Assembly (NCBI GenBank): GCA_964486045.1
Contig: CAZALK010000007.1
Coordinates: 128,001-192,000, forward strand
Reading direction: 5' to 3'
DNA length: 64,000 nucleotides
Source: an uncultured archaeon
GTDB lineage: Archaea; Asgardarchaeota; Lokiarchaeia; Sigyniarchaeales; SOKP01
Shown: one piece after another, positions 1-9,925 of the stretch
How positions within the stretch are numbered: position 1 is the stretch's first letter
How the letters are laid out: every line of letters begins with the position of its first letter
The notes under the pieces: generated by a model
The model's input: only the letters and a program-made list of their open reading frames with translations
The model's database searches: none
Told to the model about the DNA's origin: nothing
Position numbers and translations under genes: made by a program

Positions 1-506
1 TACCAATCACCAGACCAAAATGAAGGTCTATCTCCCGTGTGAGTCCACTCAGCGGCAAATATCTCTGTGTGGTTGGCATACTCTGCTTTAATAATTGCAT
101 CATTGTTGTAGTTCAGATATATCAAAGATTCATTGGTAACTTCTAATGAATAAATAAAATTCTGCTGATGATAAGGAAATAAATGGATTTCTCCTTTATC
201 TTTATCAATTTTCAGCTTTAAGGATTCTATGAATTCTCTGTCAATATGATATTTATAATTATGAAAAGATCCACTTAAGTTTTGAATTTCACCCCAAATG
301 TCGCGAGATTTACAATACTTTAGATAATCAAACAATTCACTTTTTTCTACTATGCTCTCAAAATTTTGAATGTTTGCTCCATAAGTTATCTTATAGTAGA
401 TTCTAATAAGAATTAAGGAATTATTAACAAATAACGATAAAGGGGTGATTGTACCTGTTAGAAAGATTATTATGATGGTAATTATAAGTTTTCTTTTGAT
501 TTTCAC
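1..506 (-). CDS. Hypothetical secreted/membrane-anchored protein (runs off window edge)
   Basis: Manual translation: GTG at 506-504 after GAGGTGA SD; MKIKRKLIITIIIIFLTGTITPLSLF N-terminal hydrophobic segment; frame open to position 1; not in ORF track. Confidence 0.7.
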   Translation of the reverse strand, partial: MKIKRKLIITIIIIFLTGTITPLSLFVNNSLILIRIYYKITYGANIQNFESIVEKSELFDYLKYCKSRDIWGEIQNLSGSFHNYKYHIDREFIESLKLKIDKDKGEIHLFPYHQQNFIYSLEVTNESLIYLNYNNDAIIKAEYANHTEIFAAEWTHTGDRPSFWSGDW

Positions 507-573
507 TCTCACCTCTTTTTGGATCTAATAAAACTAGAGAGATTTCAGAGTAATTGATCAAATTAATTGGTAA

Positions 574-972
574 TTACACTCTTCTTCCTCGATGTCCACC
601 CTTTCTGCGACAGTGGTCATGGGATTTAGGCGTTACTTCTTCAATTCTTCCAACTTGTAGACCAGACCGCGCGAGAGCACGGATACAAGCTTGAGCTCCA
701 GGCCCAGGAGTTTGCGATTTATTCCCTCCTGGCGCTCTTACTTTAATATGGATGCCCCTTATTCCTTTATCTCTGAGGTCATTAGCCACTCTGAACCCGC
801 ACTGCATTGCAGCATAAGGGGATGATTCATCACGGCTGGCTTTAACCACCATACCAGCGGTACATTTAGCGAAAGTCTCGGCTCCGCTTAAATCAGTAGC
901 AGTTACAAGGGTGTTGTTATAACTCGAAAAAATATGGACAATTGCCCATTTTCTATCATCTTTTCTACTCAT
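574..972 (-). CDS. rps11: 30S ribosomal protein uS11
   Basis: [25 protein letters not shown] and C-terminal [11 protein letters not shown] motifs. Confidence 0.98.
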   Translation of the reverse strand: MSRKDDRKWAIVHIFSSYNNTLVTATDLSGAETFAKCTAGMVVKASRDESSPYAAMQCGFRVANDLRDKGIRGIHIKVRAPGGNKSQTPGPGAQACIRALARSGLQVGRIEEVTPKSHDHCRRKGGHRGRRV

Positions 973-1490
973 TATGCTTCACTTTTGGTTGTAGTTTCTT
1001 TTGGTTTTGAGAGAGGGCTATTAGGGGTAAAATCAATAAAATCTTCTTCTTTCAGTTTAACGAGATATGAAGGTGCATCAATTTTTTTTCCTAGGACTTG
1101 AATATGGCCATGAGTGATATATTGTCGTGATTGGTGTACTGAGCTTGCTAAACCTTTTTCAAATACAAGTGTTTGTAATCTTCTTTTTAGAACGTCTTCT
1201 ACAGTTAAAAGAAGGATATCTTCGAATTCTGCTTGTGAGCCAATGACGCCTAGCTTGTTTAATTTTCTAATTAATTCTTGTTGAGCCTCGACAGCTCTCT
1301 CTTTCATTAATCTTCTAGATTTTCTGGCAATGTTTCGCCAATTAGCTAACAAAGTTCTAGCTTTCCAGTATTCTCGTTTATTTCTAAGACCGTATTTACC
1401 CAGAAATTCAAGCTCTTCCATGATCCTTTCTTTTTGGAATGGATGTTTCGGTTTCTTAAACTTCTTCTTTAAGCGTCTTGGATCTCCCAT
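972..1490 (-). CDS. rps4: 30S ribosomal protein uS4
   Basis: MGDPRR start (ATG 1490, AGGTGA SD), [18 protein letters not shown]-like ITHGHI S4 domain; ORF-track start at 1544 is too far upstream. Confidence 0.97.
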   Translation of the reverse strand: MGDPRRLKKKFKKPKHPFQKERIMEELEFLGKYGLRNKREYWKARTLLANWRNIARKSRRLMKERAVEAQQELIRKLNKLGVIGSQAEFEDILLLTVEDVLKRRLQTLVFEKGLASSVHQSRQYITHGHIQVLGKKIDAPSYLVKLKEEDFIDFTPNSPLSKPKETTTKSEA

Positions 1491-1503
1491 ATTTTCACCT
1501 TTC

Positions 1504-1995
1504 CTATGGTGCTGGTTGTCTTTTTTTCCTTCGCATAACTCCAACTACAAGACCATGACGTCCGGTACTTCTTGTTCTTTGACCACGAACTTTTAATTTT
1601 AGATGATGGCGAACTCCTTTATAAGACTTAATTTTTTTCATCCTATCTATGTCTCGTTTGAGGGAAATATCAAGTCTATTTCCTAGAATATGAAGATCTT
1701 CACCAGTACGCAGATCTTTTTTTCTGTTGACCATCCAATTTGGAATACCACTTTTAATTGGATTTAAAACGATTTCTATAATCCTATTTAAATCTTTTTC
1801 TGCTATTGCTCCTACTCTAATATTGGGATTTATTTTTGCCACGCGTACTATTGCTTGAGCAAATCTCTTCCCAACACCTCTAATTTGCGTTAATCCATAT
1901 TCGATTTTTGCATTTCCATCTACTTGTGTGCGGAGCTCACGTAGGAAAACTTTTTCACGAAAATTTTTTGGTCTATGCGGAGATACAGAACTCAT
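1504..1995 (-). CDS. rps13: 30S ribosomal protein uS13
   Basis: GLTQIRGVGKRFA, IPNWMVNRKKD, YKGVRH..LKVRGQRTRSTGR. Confidence 0.97.
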   Translation of the reverse strand: MSSVSPHRPKNFREKVFLRELRTQVDGNAKIEYGLTQIRGVGKRFAQAIVRVAKINPNIRVGAIAEKDLNRIIEIVLNPIKSGIPNWMVNRKKDLRTGEDLHILGNRLDISLKRDIDRMKKIKSYKGVRHHLKLKVRGQRTRSTGRHGLVVGVMRRKKRQPAP

Positions 1996-2187
1996 TCGAA
2001 CTCAATCGATAATTAGTTTATTTAAAGTTTTGATTTAATGTTAGTAAATTCAGAGCTTAATAATAAATTTTTGGTTTTCTCATAGAATAAGCAATTTTCG
2101 CTTCTTCTATAAATTTTGAAAAAAAGAAAATTTTTGGGATTTTTAAGAATAGCCATTAAGTTTCAAATTTATTTGATTTTTATGCTT

Positions 2188-3300
2188 TTAGGATGGAAGT
2201 ACGCTAGTAGCATCATTCTCTTTAATAGCCCCAAAAAGTCGGTTGTTAAGTGCCGTACCCAGTTCAACTGCCCTTGGATCACTCATATCCAACTGTGTAT
2301 AACCAAGGGGGGGTAAATAGGCATAAATCATCAATGACTTTAAGTAATCATACCATGCCATATCAAACTCATAGCTCTTAACTCCTTTTTCTTCCAGCCG
2401 TTTTAGATAAAGCTCGAGCATTTCTTTTTCGATTTTTCTTCGTAATTCAATTTTTATACTAGTTCCTAAAAGATATGCTACATCCAAAATGCTTCTACTT
2501 ACTAATGGGGATCCCCAGTCAATAATTATTACAGGATTTTCACTATTCTCAGAATCAAAAAACATATTGTCTGCTCGATAGTCAAAATGTGCAATGCTCA
2601 GATTATCATCGGGGACATCATTCATCAACCAAGAAAACTGTTTGTATATTTTTTCTCCAATCTCTAAGCCACCTTCCGGGATAAATTCAGTAAATCCTTC
2701 TGATTTTATTGCTAAATCCCATGAATCATGAAAAGTATCGATGAAAGCCATTACTGTTTCATCCCTAGGTTTAGCCATCCAATCAAAAGAAAAAAGATCT
2801 GGAGCATCCCACCATCGTGCATGAAAATCAGCAATTGAAATTATTGCTTTTTTGGTTTGTTGGTAGTCTAAACCTTTAACTTGATCAACCATCTTATAAC
2901 ATTCACAATCTTCAAGAATAAGAATGTATCTTTTAGCTTCTGAATCAAAATCTGAATAAATAAGACCGAGAACACGTATGGGGCTTTTTGGTGCTACTTC
3001 GTTGTAAAACCTTATCTCTTTTTCATAAAGATTATATTGAAGTGCAACCACTAAGGCTGTTCTAAAGGTTGTTGGCATTTTTACAACCATTGTTTTTGGT
3101 AGGTCAGGAGATTCTTTATCATAAGTAATAGTTAATCTTGCCATATCACTTACAAATCCTTCCCCTATACCGCATGCTTCTCTTGAAATTGATTCAATAT
3201 TGACATCCTTAAGGTATCCAGAGTTGTGAAGAACATCATTAAGATATTCAGAACTTATTCTTTTAGTTCGTTTGGGTATCATTACATTCTTAGATTCCAT
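2188..3300 (-). CDS. Ecdysteroid-kinase-like / aminoglycoside phosphotransferase-family kinase
   Basis: GEGFVSD P-loop, VVKMP, EIRFY, HFDYRADN (HxDxxxxN Brenner motif) and IIDWG. Confidence 0.8.
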   Translation of the reverse strand: MESKNVMIPKRTKRISSEYLNDVLHNSGYLKDVNIESISREACGIGEGFVSDMARLTITYDKESPDLPKTMVVKMPTTFRTALVVALQYNLYEKEIRFYNEVAPKSPIRVLGLIYSDFDSEAKRYILILEDCECYKMVDQVKGLDYQQTKKAIISIADFHARWWDAPDLFSFDWMAKPRDETVMAFIDTFHDSWDLAIKSEGFTEFIPEGGLEIGEKIYKQFSWLMNDVPDDNLSIAHFDYRADNMFFDSENSENPVIIIDWGSPLVSRSILDVAYLLGTSIKIELRRKIEKEMLELYLKRLEEKGVKSYEFDMAWYDYLKSLMIYAYLPPLGYTQLDMSDPRAVELGTALNNRLFGAIKENDATSVLPS

Positions 3301-3508
3301 TTTTGTATCGCCCTTAATATTACATAAAAATAAAAATTATCATTATTGAGTTTTAGTACATTTAAAAACTTTTGTTAAATTTGGTACATAAATAAATGAG
3401 TAATATAATTCACTAAAGGGTTTTTTGAGTGTTTAAGCATGAAAAAGGATAATGAAGAGTATTTTTATATTAATGGCATGCATTATGATTTCATGATTAA
3501 GAGCAAGA

Positions 3509-3643
3509 ATGCTTTTTCCACAAGAATTAGATGGGTTACTTCATTATAACGGTCTCATTATTGACCATAAACATGGATCTTTTGAGGAAGAACCCTTTAA
3601 TTCGGAATCAAACTGGCAGATCGTAATTTGTCATAAAAAGTAA
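3509..3643 (+). pseudogene. 3' remnant of a class I SAM methyltransferase-like gene
   Basis: Frame reads MLFPQELDGLLHYNGLIIDHKHGSFEEEPFNSESNWQIVICHKK*, resembling the C-terminus of small-molecule SAM methyltransferases; no upstream part. Confidence 0.5.
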
Positions 3644-3772
3644 TTTATGATAACCTTACTCGTGAGATTTTTTACTAAAAGATCATTATTATTTAATATT
3701 ACATAACAAGTGGATTCAATGAAGGAATGAAATAATAAATTTCATTTAACTAGCAAAAAGAGGAGTATTAAA

Positions 3773-5062
3773 GTGCTTGATATAGAATTATTTCGGAATA
3801 ATCTTGAGGAAATTATCAAATCAGAAAAAAGGAGATTCAAAGATCCTACAAATGCTGAAAAAACTTTAGAGTATGACAAGAAATGGAGAGAAGTTTTACA
3901 GAGAATACAGGATTTACGTAAGGAAAGAAGTGAAGTCTCTGCTCAAATAGCTGAATTCAAAAAAAGTGGGGAAACAGAAAAAGCTGAAAAAGCCATTAGT
4001 GTATCAAAGGAGACAAAATCAAAAATTGATGATTTAGAAAAACAACAAATAGAATTTCTTAAACAAAGAGAAGAATTTCGCTATTCTGTAGGAAATATAT
4101 TACATGATTCCGTCCCGACAGGGGAGACTGAAGAATCTAATGAAATTTTGAGAACTGTTGGTGAAATAAAAAAATTTGAGTTTGATCCCCTCTCCCATGT
4201 TGATTTGATTTCTCTAATTGATGGGGCTGACACGAAAAAAGCATCGGAAGTGGTGGGATCGAGATTCTTTTACCTTAAAGGAGATATTGTACTAATGAAT
4301 TTAGCACTGTTAAGATTTGCCTTAGAAAAGATAGTGAATAAAAATTTCATTCCAATGTGGACTCCTTTTTTCACTAAACACGAAATTATGAAAGCAGCAG
4401 CAGAATTAGCAGATTTTGAAGACCAACTTTATAAAATCGAGGGGGAAGATCTTTATATGATTGCTACTTCTGAACAAACCTTAGCTGCATATCATTATAA
4501 TGAAATTATTAACCCAGAAACTTTACCACTTAAATATGCAGGAATCTCTTCGTGTTTTAGAAGAGAAGCAGGTTCACACGGAAAAGACACACTAGGAATA
4601 TTTAGAGTTCATCAATTTGAGAAGGTCGAACAGTTTGTTTTCTGTAAACCTGAGGATTCTTGGAAATATCATGAAGAATTGTTATCCAATTCTGAAGAAA
4701 TTTATAAAGAATTAGGAATTCCTTATAGAGTTGTCAATATAGCTTCTGGAGAATTAAATGATAATGCAGCTAAAAAATATGATCTAGAAGCTTGGTTTCC
4801 TGCTTCAGAAACATACCGTGAGCTAGTATCCTGTAGTAACTGTTTAGATTATCAAGCACGGAAATTAAAAATTAGAATGGGTAAGGTTGGTGCAACTCAA
4901 GCTAAAGAAATTCTACATACCCTAAACTCAACAGCAATTGCAACTGAACGTACAATCTGTTGCATTCTAGAAAATTATCAAAATAAAGACCATTCAATCA
5001 CTATACCGTTAGCTCTTCAAAATTATATGAATGGGAAAAAGGTTATAAAACCAGTTAAATAG
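3773..5062 (+). CDS. serS: Serine--tRNA ligase
   Basis: N-terminal coiled-coil arm, ATSEQ, CFRREAG, GIFRVHQFEKVEQF, ELVSCSNC, HTLNSTAIATER. Confidence 0.98.
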   Translation: MLDIELFRNNLEEIIKSEKRRFKDPTNAEKTLEYDKKWREVLQRIQDLRKERSEVSAQIAEFKKSGETEKAEKAISVSKETKSKIDDLEKQQIEFLKQREEFRYSVGNILHDSVPTGETEESNEILRTVGEIKKFEFDPLSHVDLISLIDGADTKKASEVVGSRFFYLKGDIVLMNLALLRFALEKIVNKNFIPMWTPFFTKHEIMKAAAELADFEDQLYKIEGEDLYMIATSEQTLAAYHYNEIINPETLPLKYAGISSCFRREAGSHGKDTLGIFRVHQFEKVEQFVFCKPEDSWKYHEELLSNSEEIYKELGIPYRVVNIASGELNDNAAKKYDLEAWFPASETYRELVSCSNCLDYQARKLKIRMGKVGATQAKEILHTLNSTAIATERTICCILENYQNKDHSITIPLALQNYMNGKKVIKPVK

Positions 5063-5068
5063 ATCTAA

Positions 5069-6313
5069 ATGGGGTACAAAATGATTGAAAAAGATTTGGA
5101 GGATTTTGAAGAATTTTATACTGAAAAAATCAATTCTATTTTTTCAAAAGTAAAGAGGGCTTCGAAAAAGATACTTTTAGATATTAGAGGTAATTTAATC
5201 GAAGTTAAGGTATGCTTGGATCATTTTAGTGAGGTCGGAAAAGAAAAAATTGATCAGAAAGCTCAAAAATCACTCAAATTTTTTTCAGAGAGAATTAGAA
5301 GAGAAATAGATGAAGTTGAGGTCCCTGAAGAAGAGATAAGCTATGACAACATATTGGACTTATTAAACTCAATAAAGAAACTTTTTACTAATATTAATGA
5401 AATTGCCAGAAAGTCCCTCCCTAAAATTCAGAAAGATTTTCAACCTCAAATCAAAGAATTGAATTATATCACGAGAAAACTAGGAAAAAAACAAGGAATT
5501 TTAGATGAATTTCTGAGGAAAAAATATACTGAACTTAAAAACGCTGAATATTTATTAAAAAAATTACCAAAAATTTTTACTCTAAAGAACAACATAGAAC
5601 ACTCAAAAACAGATTTAGAGCAGTTCGAAGTAGAGTTAGAAGAGAGAAAAAACACAGAAGAGGATTTAAATAAAAAATTAGTAGAGCTTGAAAAAAATAA
5701 TTTATTCAAGGAACTGGAAATTGGAAAGGACAAATTATTTCAATTACAATTAAAAATTAATGATGAAATTGGTTTTAAAAAAGCATTAAAGAAGTTTAAG
5801 TTTGAATTAGAAAAAAATACGATTCATGTTCCTAACGTAGATTTAAACTATTTAAGGGATTTTCTTAAAAATCCTATAGGAGTGCTTATATCTGAGAGAA
5901 AAGATTTACCAAAACTCACAAGTTTAATGGTTCAATTAAGGCATGCATTGGAAGAAAACAGGTTAAATCTTAAATCTGACACAAAACAAAAAACAATCGA
6001 CCAAATTAATGCAATCTTTGAGGAAAAGCTATTACAGTCAAACATCGAAAAGTATTTACTATTTCGGGGAGAAATTAAAAATATTGAGGGAAAAATTGAA
6101 GTTGCCGGATTAGCTAAACAATTAGAAGATCTGAAAAACAAAATCTCTTCAAATGCAGTTAAGCTCGACCATATTGAAAATGACCATAATCGGAAAAATA
6201 AAGATTACCTACGATATCTAACTGCTTTAAAAAGTGACCGGGAAGAATTTCAAGCCCTTGTAGAGGAAGTTTTAAATGAAAGTGTGAAAATTAATATAGT
6301 ATTTGCTTTTTAA
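5069..6313 (+). CDS. Coiled-coil hypothetical protein, probably co-transcribed with serS
   Basis: 414 aa, K/E/L-rich heptad character, 6 bp after serS stop. Confidence 0.75.
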   Translation: MGYKMIEKDLEDFEEFYTEKINSIFSKVKRASKKILLDIRGNLIEVKVCLDHFSEVGKEKIDQKAQKSLKFFSERIRREIDEVEVPEEEISYDNILDLLNSIKKLFTNINEIARKSLPKIQKDFQPQIKELNYITRKLGKKQGILDEFLRKKYTELKNAEYLLKKLPKIFTLKNNIEHSKTDLEQFEVELEERKNTEEDLNKKLVELEKNNLFKELEIGKDKLFQLQLKINDEIGFKKALKKFKFELEKNTIHVPNVDLNYLRDFLKNPIGVLISERKDLPKLTSLMVQLRHALEENRLNLKSDTKQKTIDQINAIFEEKLLQSNIEKYLLFRGEIKNIEGKIEVAGLAKQLEDLKNKISSNAVKLDHIENDHNRKNKDYLRYLTALKSDREEFQALVEEVLNESVKINIVFAF

Positions 6314-6315
6314 TA

Positions 6316-7047
6316 TCACTTTCTTTCTAACATCTCAAAGCTGCGATTGTTATTTGCATTATTCTTCTTAAGAGAGAGTTTTAAATTATTTTTTAAGAAT
6401 TTAAAAACATTTGTATCTCTTAAATTAAAAATCTTTAAATATTCATACGCTAAAACTAGATCTTGCTTAACATCCATATCAAATCCAGCTCTAAATGAAT
6501 CATATATAACTTTTTTACTTATCCCATTCTTTGAAGCATTATTAAGTAATGCAACTAAGGAAGGAGTGTTCGGATCTGAAAAAAAAGATGGAATTATATC
6601 CGGAGGATTCCTACTTAATATTGAAATCCCTGCGGAATGAATATCAGGACAAACAACTAACTGGTTTTTTTTAATAAGGGCATCAATTTCATTAAAGTTT
6701 TTTGCTGTTATCAATATCAAATCTAAAAAAACGAGTGTTGTTTGTTTAGCACTGTATCTTTCAATAACAATTTTATTGAATTCGCTGATGACATCATCAA
6801 AAAGCTTTGGTTTACCTGAAATATCTTCTTTGATACCAATCAAACCATTTTCTTCTGCAAGATCTAGTATTTCTGTAGTATTACAATACACAATTTTATA
6901 TTCATAACAATTTACTCCATTCAAAGTGTTTATTAGATCTTTAAACATTGCAATTGTGAAATCTTTAAGTTGATCAGCTGAAAAACAATCCTGTAAACGA
7001 GATTTTGTTGCTGAAAAGGGGGCTATAGGAATTAATAAAGAACTCAT
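6316..7047 (-). CDS. cofC: CofC-like 2-phospho-L-lactate/PEP guanylyltransferase (F420 biosynthesis)
   Basis: LIPIAPFSATKSRL start (cf. IPVK..AKSRL), AMFKD, FDMDVKQDL (D-x-D-x-x-x-DL). Confidence 0.75.
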   Translation of the reverse strand: MSSLLIPIAPFSATKSRLQDCFSADQLKDFTIAMFKDLINTLNGVNCYEYKIVYCNTTEILDLAEENGLIGIKEDISGKPKLFDDVISEFNKIVIERYSAKQTTLVFLDLILITAKNFNEIDALIKKNQLVVCPDIHSAGISILSRNPPDIIPSFFSDPNTPSLVALLNNASKNGISKKVIYDSFRAGFDMDVKQDLVLAYEYLKIFNLRDTNVFKFLKNNLKLSLKKNNANNNRSFEMLERK

Positions 7048-7133
7048 AATCTTCGAAAGTTCAATCTCTTATAAATATTAGATCAAGTTGTTAAAGTCAA
7101 AAAGAAATTTTTATATTTAAGATTATGTAGTGT

Positions 7134-7697
7134 CTATTTTAAATTATTTAAAATCTGAACTGACAAAGATTCAAAAGCTTTATCAATATTTTCTTTTGAT
7201 TTTGCGGAAGTTTCCATATATTGTACGTTATAGGAATCTGCCTTTTCCTTTCCCTCCTCAAAGGTAACCAATCTTTCATCCTTTTTATCAATTTTATTAC
7301 CAATAATGATGTACGGAATATCACCACTTAACTCTGTGAATTTAGAAATCCAAAAATCTATGTTATCGAACGATTCTCTGTTAATTACATCGTATACAAC
7401 AAATGCACCAACCGCTTGAACAAAATAATATTCATTGCTAAATAATTTATCATGTTGGCCACCTAAATCCCAGAAATAAAGCTTAAATCCTTTATCTTTA
7501 ATATCCTTCCTCAGAATAGGATTTTTAATATCCAATTTGTCAATAACTTTGCTTAATTCAATTTCCTTTATTAAAAAATTAGCTCCTAATGTTTGATTAT
7601 AGTCATCACTAAACTGGTCATCTACATAACGGGCTAGAATACTAGTTTTTCCTACGCTTGGGTCCCCGCACAATATAACCTTTCCTCGATACGACAT
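7134..7697 (-). CDS. Rab-like small GTPase
   Basis: GDPSVGKTS, TLGANF, WDLGGQ, GNKID, ETSAK; no C-terminal prenylation cysteines. Confidence 0.93.
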   Translation of the reverse strand: MSYRGKVILCGDPSVGKTSILARYVDDQFSDDYNQTLGANFLIKEIELSKVIDKLDIKNPILRKDIKDKGFKLYFWDLGGQHDKLFSNEYYFVQAVGAFVVYDVINRESFDNIDFWISKFTELSGDIPYIIIGNKIDKKDERLVTFEEGKEKADSYNVQYMETSAKSKENIDKAFESLSVQILNNLK

Positions 7698-7846
7698 ACA
7701 TTTTTACCCCTTGTTTTTTAAATTTAACAGTTTGCAATTATTTCCTAATTTTTGACTTATAATCTGTTACCTTGTTGGTTAAAATATATATTTTTTTGAA
7801 TAATTTACTTTTTCATATTTTTTTTTAATAAATTAATTACTAAATG

Positions 7847-8671
7847 CTACTTTTTAGTCGTTGTCAATTTGATTAATTTACATTGGCTAGTAATAAAGTA
7901 TCTAAATAAATGTTCATATCCTATAATCTGCTTTGGCATTCCGTTCTCTAGCCATAATCCTGATGTGTATTCTGGTGCCTCTTTTACTTGATCTAAGGTT
8001 GTCAGCAAAAATTCGTTATCCGAAATTAACAAACCGAAGGGAATAACATTGTCACCTTCTATTGAATGAATTGTCATAGAGACTTTTAATAATTTTTTGA
8101 TTTCCTCTTTTAAAGCTTCGTAATATTTCAATGCAATAATAAGTTGGATATTAGTAGAAAATTTCTTACTCCATAATTCTTTTAATACCCATTCATATCC
8201 TCCTAATTCATTCATAAGCAAATCTGGAGTAATAATGAAAAAAATGCGTGTTTCTGCACTACTAATTAATTCTTTTATCTTTTTTCTTATTTTAGATCTC
8301 GAATTTATGGCCCAAACACGAGGTTCTGATTCTTCTTTTGTTATCTCTAAGTCACTAATGATTTTTTCTAGTACTAAAGTATCTTCAATCCTCTCCTTAT
8401 ACTGGTCGCGTATAGTCTTGAAAATCCTGGGTATTGGAATCACTTGATAATTCGCACCCCTCTTAATGGGTTCTTTTTGAATAAAACCCTTATCTATTAA
8501 TCTATTTAAAGAATCATACACTCTAGCTCTATCTACTCCGGAATGTTTTGCAATATCCGCAGGGCTTAATATCTTATACTTACATAGAGTAAGTAAAACC
8601 TTCGAATCATTCTTCGTGAATCCTAATGATTGGAGTGCTTCCTCAATTTCAGATTCTTCTAACTCAGGCAT
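7847..8671 (-). CDS. TrmB-family transcriptional regulator
   Basis: LQSLGFT..DSKV, DIAKHSGVDRARVYDSLNRLIDKGFI wHTH, C-terminal PLD-like effector domain. Confidence 0.88.
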   Translation of the reverse strand: MPELEESEIEEALQSLGFTKNDSKVLLTLCKYKILSPADIAKHSGVDRARVYDSLNRLIDKGFIQKEPIKRGANYQVIPIPRIFKTIRDQYKERIEDTLVLEKIISDLEITKEESEPRVWAINSRSKIRKKIKELISSAETRIFFIITPDLLMNELGGYEWVLKELWSKKFSTNIQLIIALKYYEALKEEIKKLLKVSMTIHSIEGDNVIPFGLLISDNEFLLTTLDQVKEAPEYTSGLWLENGMPKQIIGYEHLFRYFITSQCKLIKLTTTKK

Positions 8672-9097
8672 ACTCAGGTTTCAAGAATTTAAACTAAAAT
8701 TATGTCAGTCTAATTTTATTATTATAATACAATAGTCAAATATCTTATATTTTAATTTATTTTTTTAGTAAAAATTTAGAGATTTCAGATTTCATTTTGA
8801 TTTTTGATACATTGCAGTTTTTCGCTCAATAAATTAACTGAAAGGCGGACTATTGTTATCTTTTTAAAAAAAAAAAAGTCATGGCGTGATTAAATAGATC
8901 ATGAAAATGTTATAATTCTGCTTTCAGCAAAAATTTAACAACTATTAATATTGGATCGTTTAAGTTTCAAAAATTTTTATTGAAACATTAATAATAGGTA
9001 AAAAACAATAATTTAAGAGTACAAGCTTTTATTTCCGACAAAATCAAAAAATAGTTTTTATTAGAAATTAATATCATATTAATAAACCGATCTAATT

Positions 9098-9165
9098 TTC
9101 GAAATTAACGATTCGAATTAAAATATCATCTAAAATTATTGATTCGAATCATAATATTTATATAA
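9098..9165 (+). promoter_or_regulatory. Histone promoter region: three TTCGAA palindromes upstream of a TATA-like box
   Basis: TTCGAA at 9098, 9112 and 9143 (the last within TGATTCGAATCA), followed by TTTATATAA at ~9157. Confidence 0.4.
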
Positions 9166-9235
9166 TAGAAATGTGTAGTAATACTTAATTAACATCTAAA
9201 TTACAATCTTATATAAATAAGTTGGAGGAATAAAA

Positions 9236-9502
9236 ATGGCTAAAAAGAAAGCTCCTGCAAAAAAGAAGTCTGAAGGATATATTGCCAAAAACGTCTAAAA
9301 TCTATTTTTTCGTTGGTATGCTCCAATCCGCAGGCTTATGAAAAAAGAGGGTGCAGATTTAGTAGCAGCTGAAGCCCTTGATAAGCTAATTGGCTTCTTA
9401 GAAGGCAGTGCAGCGACGGCAACAAAGGAAGCTATAAAAGTCTGTAAAGAGGATAAGCGCAAGAGAGTAACTGCCGCAGATATTCGCGCCGCAACCCGCT
9501 AA
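9236..9502 (+). CDS. Archaeal histone with lysine-rich N-terminal tail; join(9236..9289,9320..9502), 78 aa after splicing
   Basis: GGAGG SD then ATG; spliced product MAKKKAPAKKKSEGYIAKAPIRRLMKKEGADLVAAEALDKLIGFLEGSAATATKEAIKVCKEDKRKRVTAADIRAATR has histone-fold motifs (APIRRLMK..GA..V; KRKRVTAADI); missed by ORF track because of in-frame TAA at 9296. Confidence 0.92.
9290..9319 (+). other. Putative BHB/BHL-type pre-mRNA intron in histone gene (30 nt)
   Basis: GCCA-[AA^A]-ACG...CGT-TGGT-[AT^G]: 4-bp central helix GCCA/TGGT, 3-nt bulges, inner helix ACG/CGT; carries in-frame TAA; excision gives GYIAK|APIRR. Confidence 0.8.
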
Positions 9503-9532
9503 ATAACTTTAGATTTCAAATATTAATGATAA

Positions 9533-9548
9533 TTTTTTTTCTTTTTTT
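9533..9548 (+). terminator. Oligo-T archaeal terminator after histone gene
   Basis: TTTTTTTTCTTTTTTT about 30 nt after the stop codon. Confidence 0.5.
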
Positions 9549-9925
9549 AATTTTCTTTCTAAATTGTGCTTGATTTTCTTTTACTCACTAATAATGGAAT
9601 AGGTGCACTAGGTGGTGAATCTAAAGACAATTTTAAAAAAAAGAAGGCTAAAAGAACATTATAAAATTAGTGCATAGGGATACGTATATGCACTTAGTCT
9701 TTCCAATAAAGAGGATTTGTCTTTAAAAAATTATCAGAAATGTCTCTTTTATTGAAAATTAAGATAGTTTTTATCAAGTTAAATAAAATATTTGTATAAA
9801 ACTAAAAATTAATTTTAATCAACCTTAGGCATATAATTGACTAAATTATTCAAGACTAAAAGAGGGTATATTTAAATTACTAAATCACTTTCTATTGTAT
9901 TGAGAGTATAAAAACCAGATCAATT

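Noticed and set aside
7490-7560. Insertion in the Rab-like GTPase (SKVIDKLDIKNPILRKDIKDKG) as a hidden in-frame intron
   Set aside because: No stop codon, no BHB pairing that I could find, and it reads as an ordinary surface-loop insertion
9296-9298. Stop readthrough or recoding as the explanation for the histone and AMP phosphorylase stops
   Set aside because: The stops are TAA and TAG-TAA, not Sec TGA, and readthrough would leave 10 extra residues inside conserved motifs
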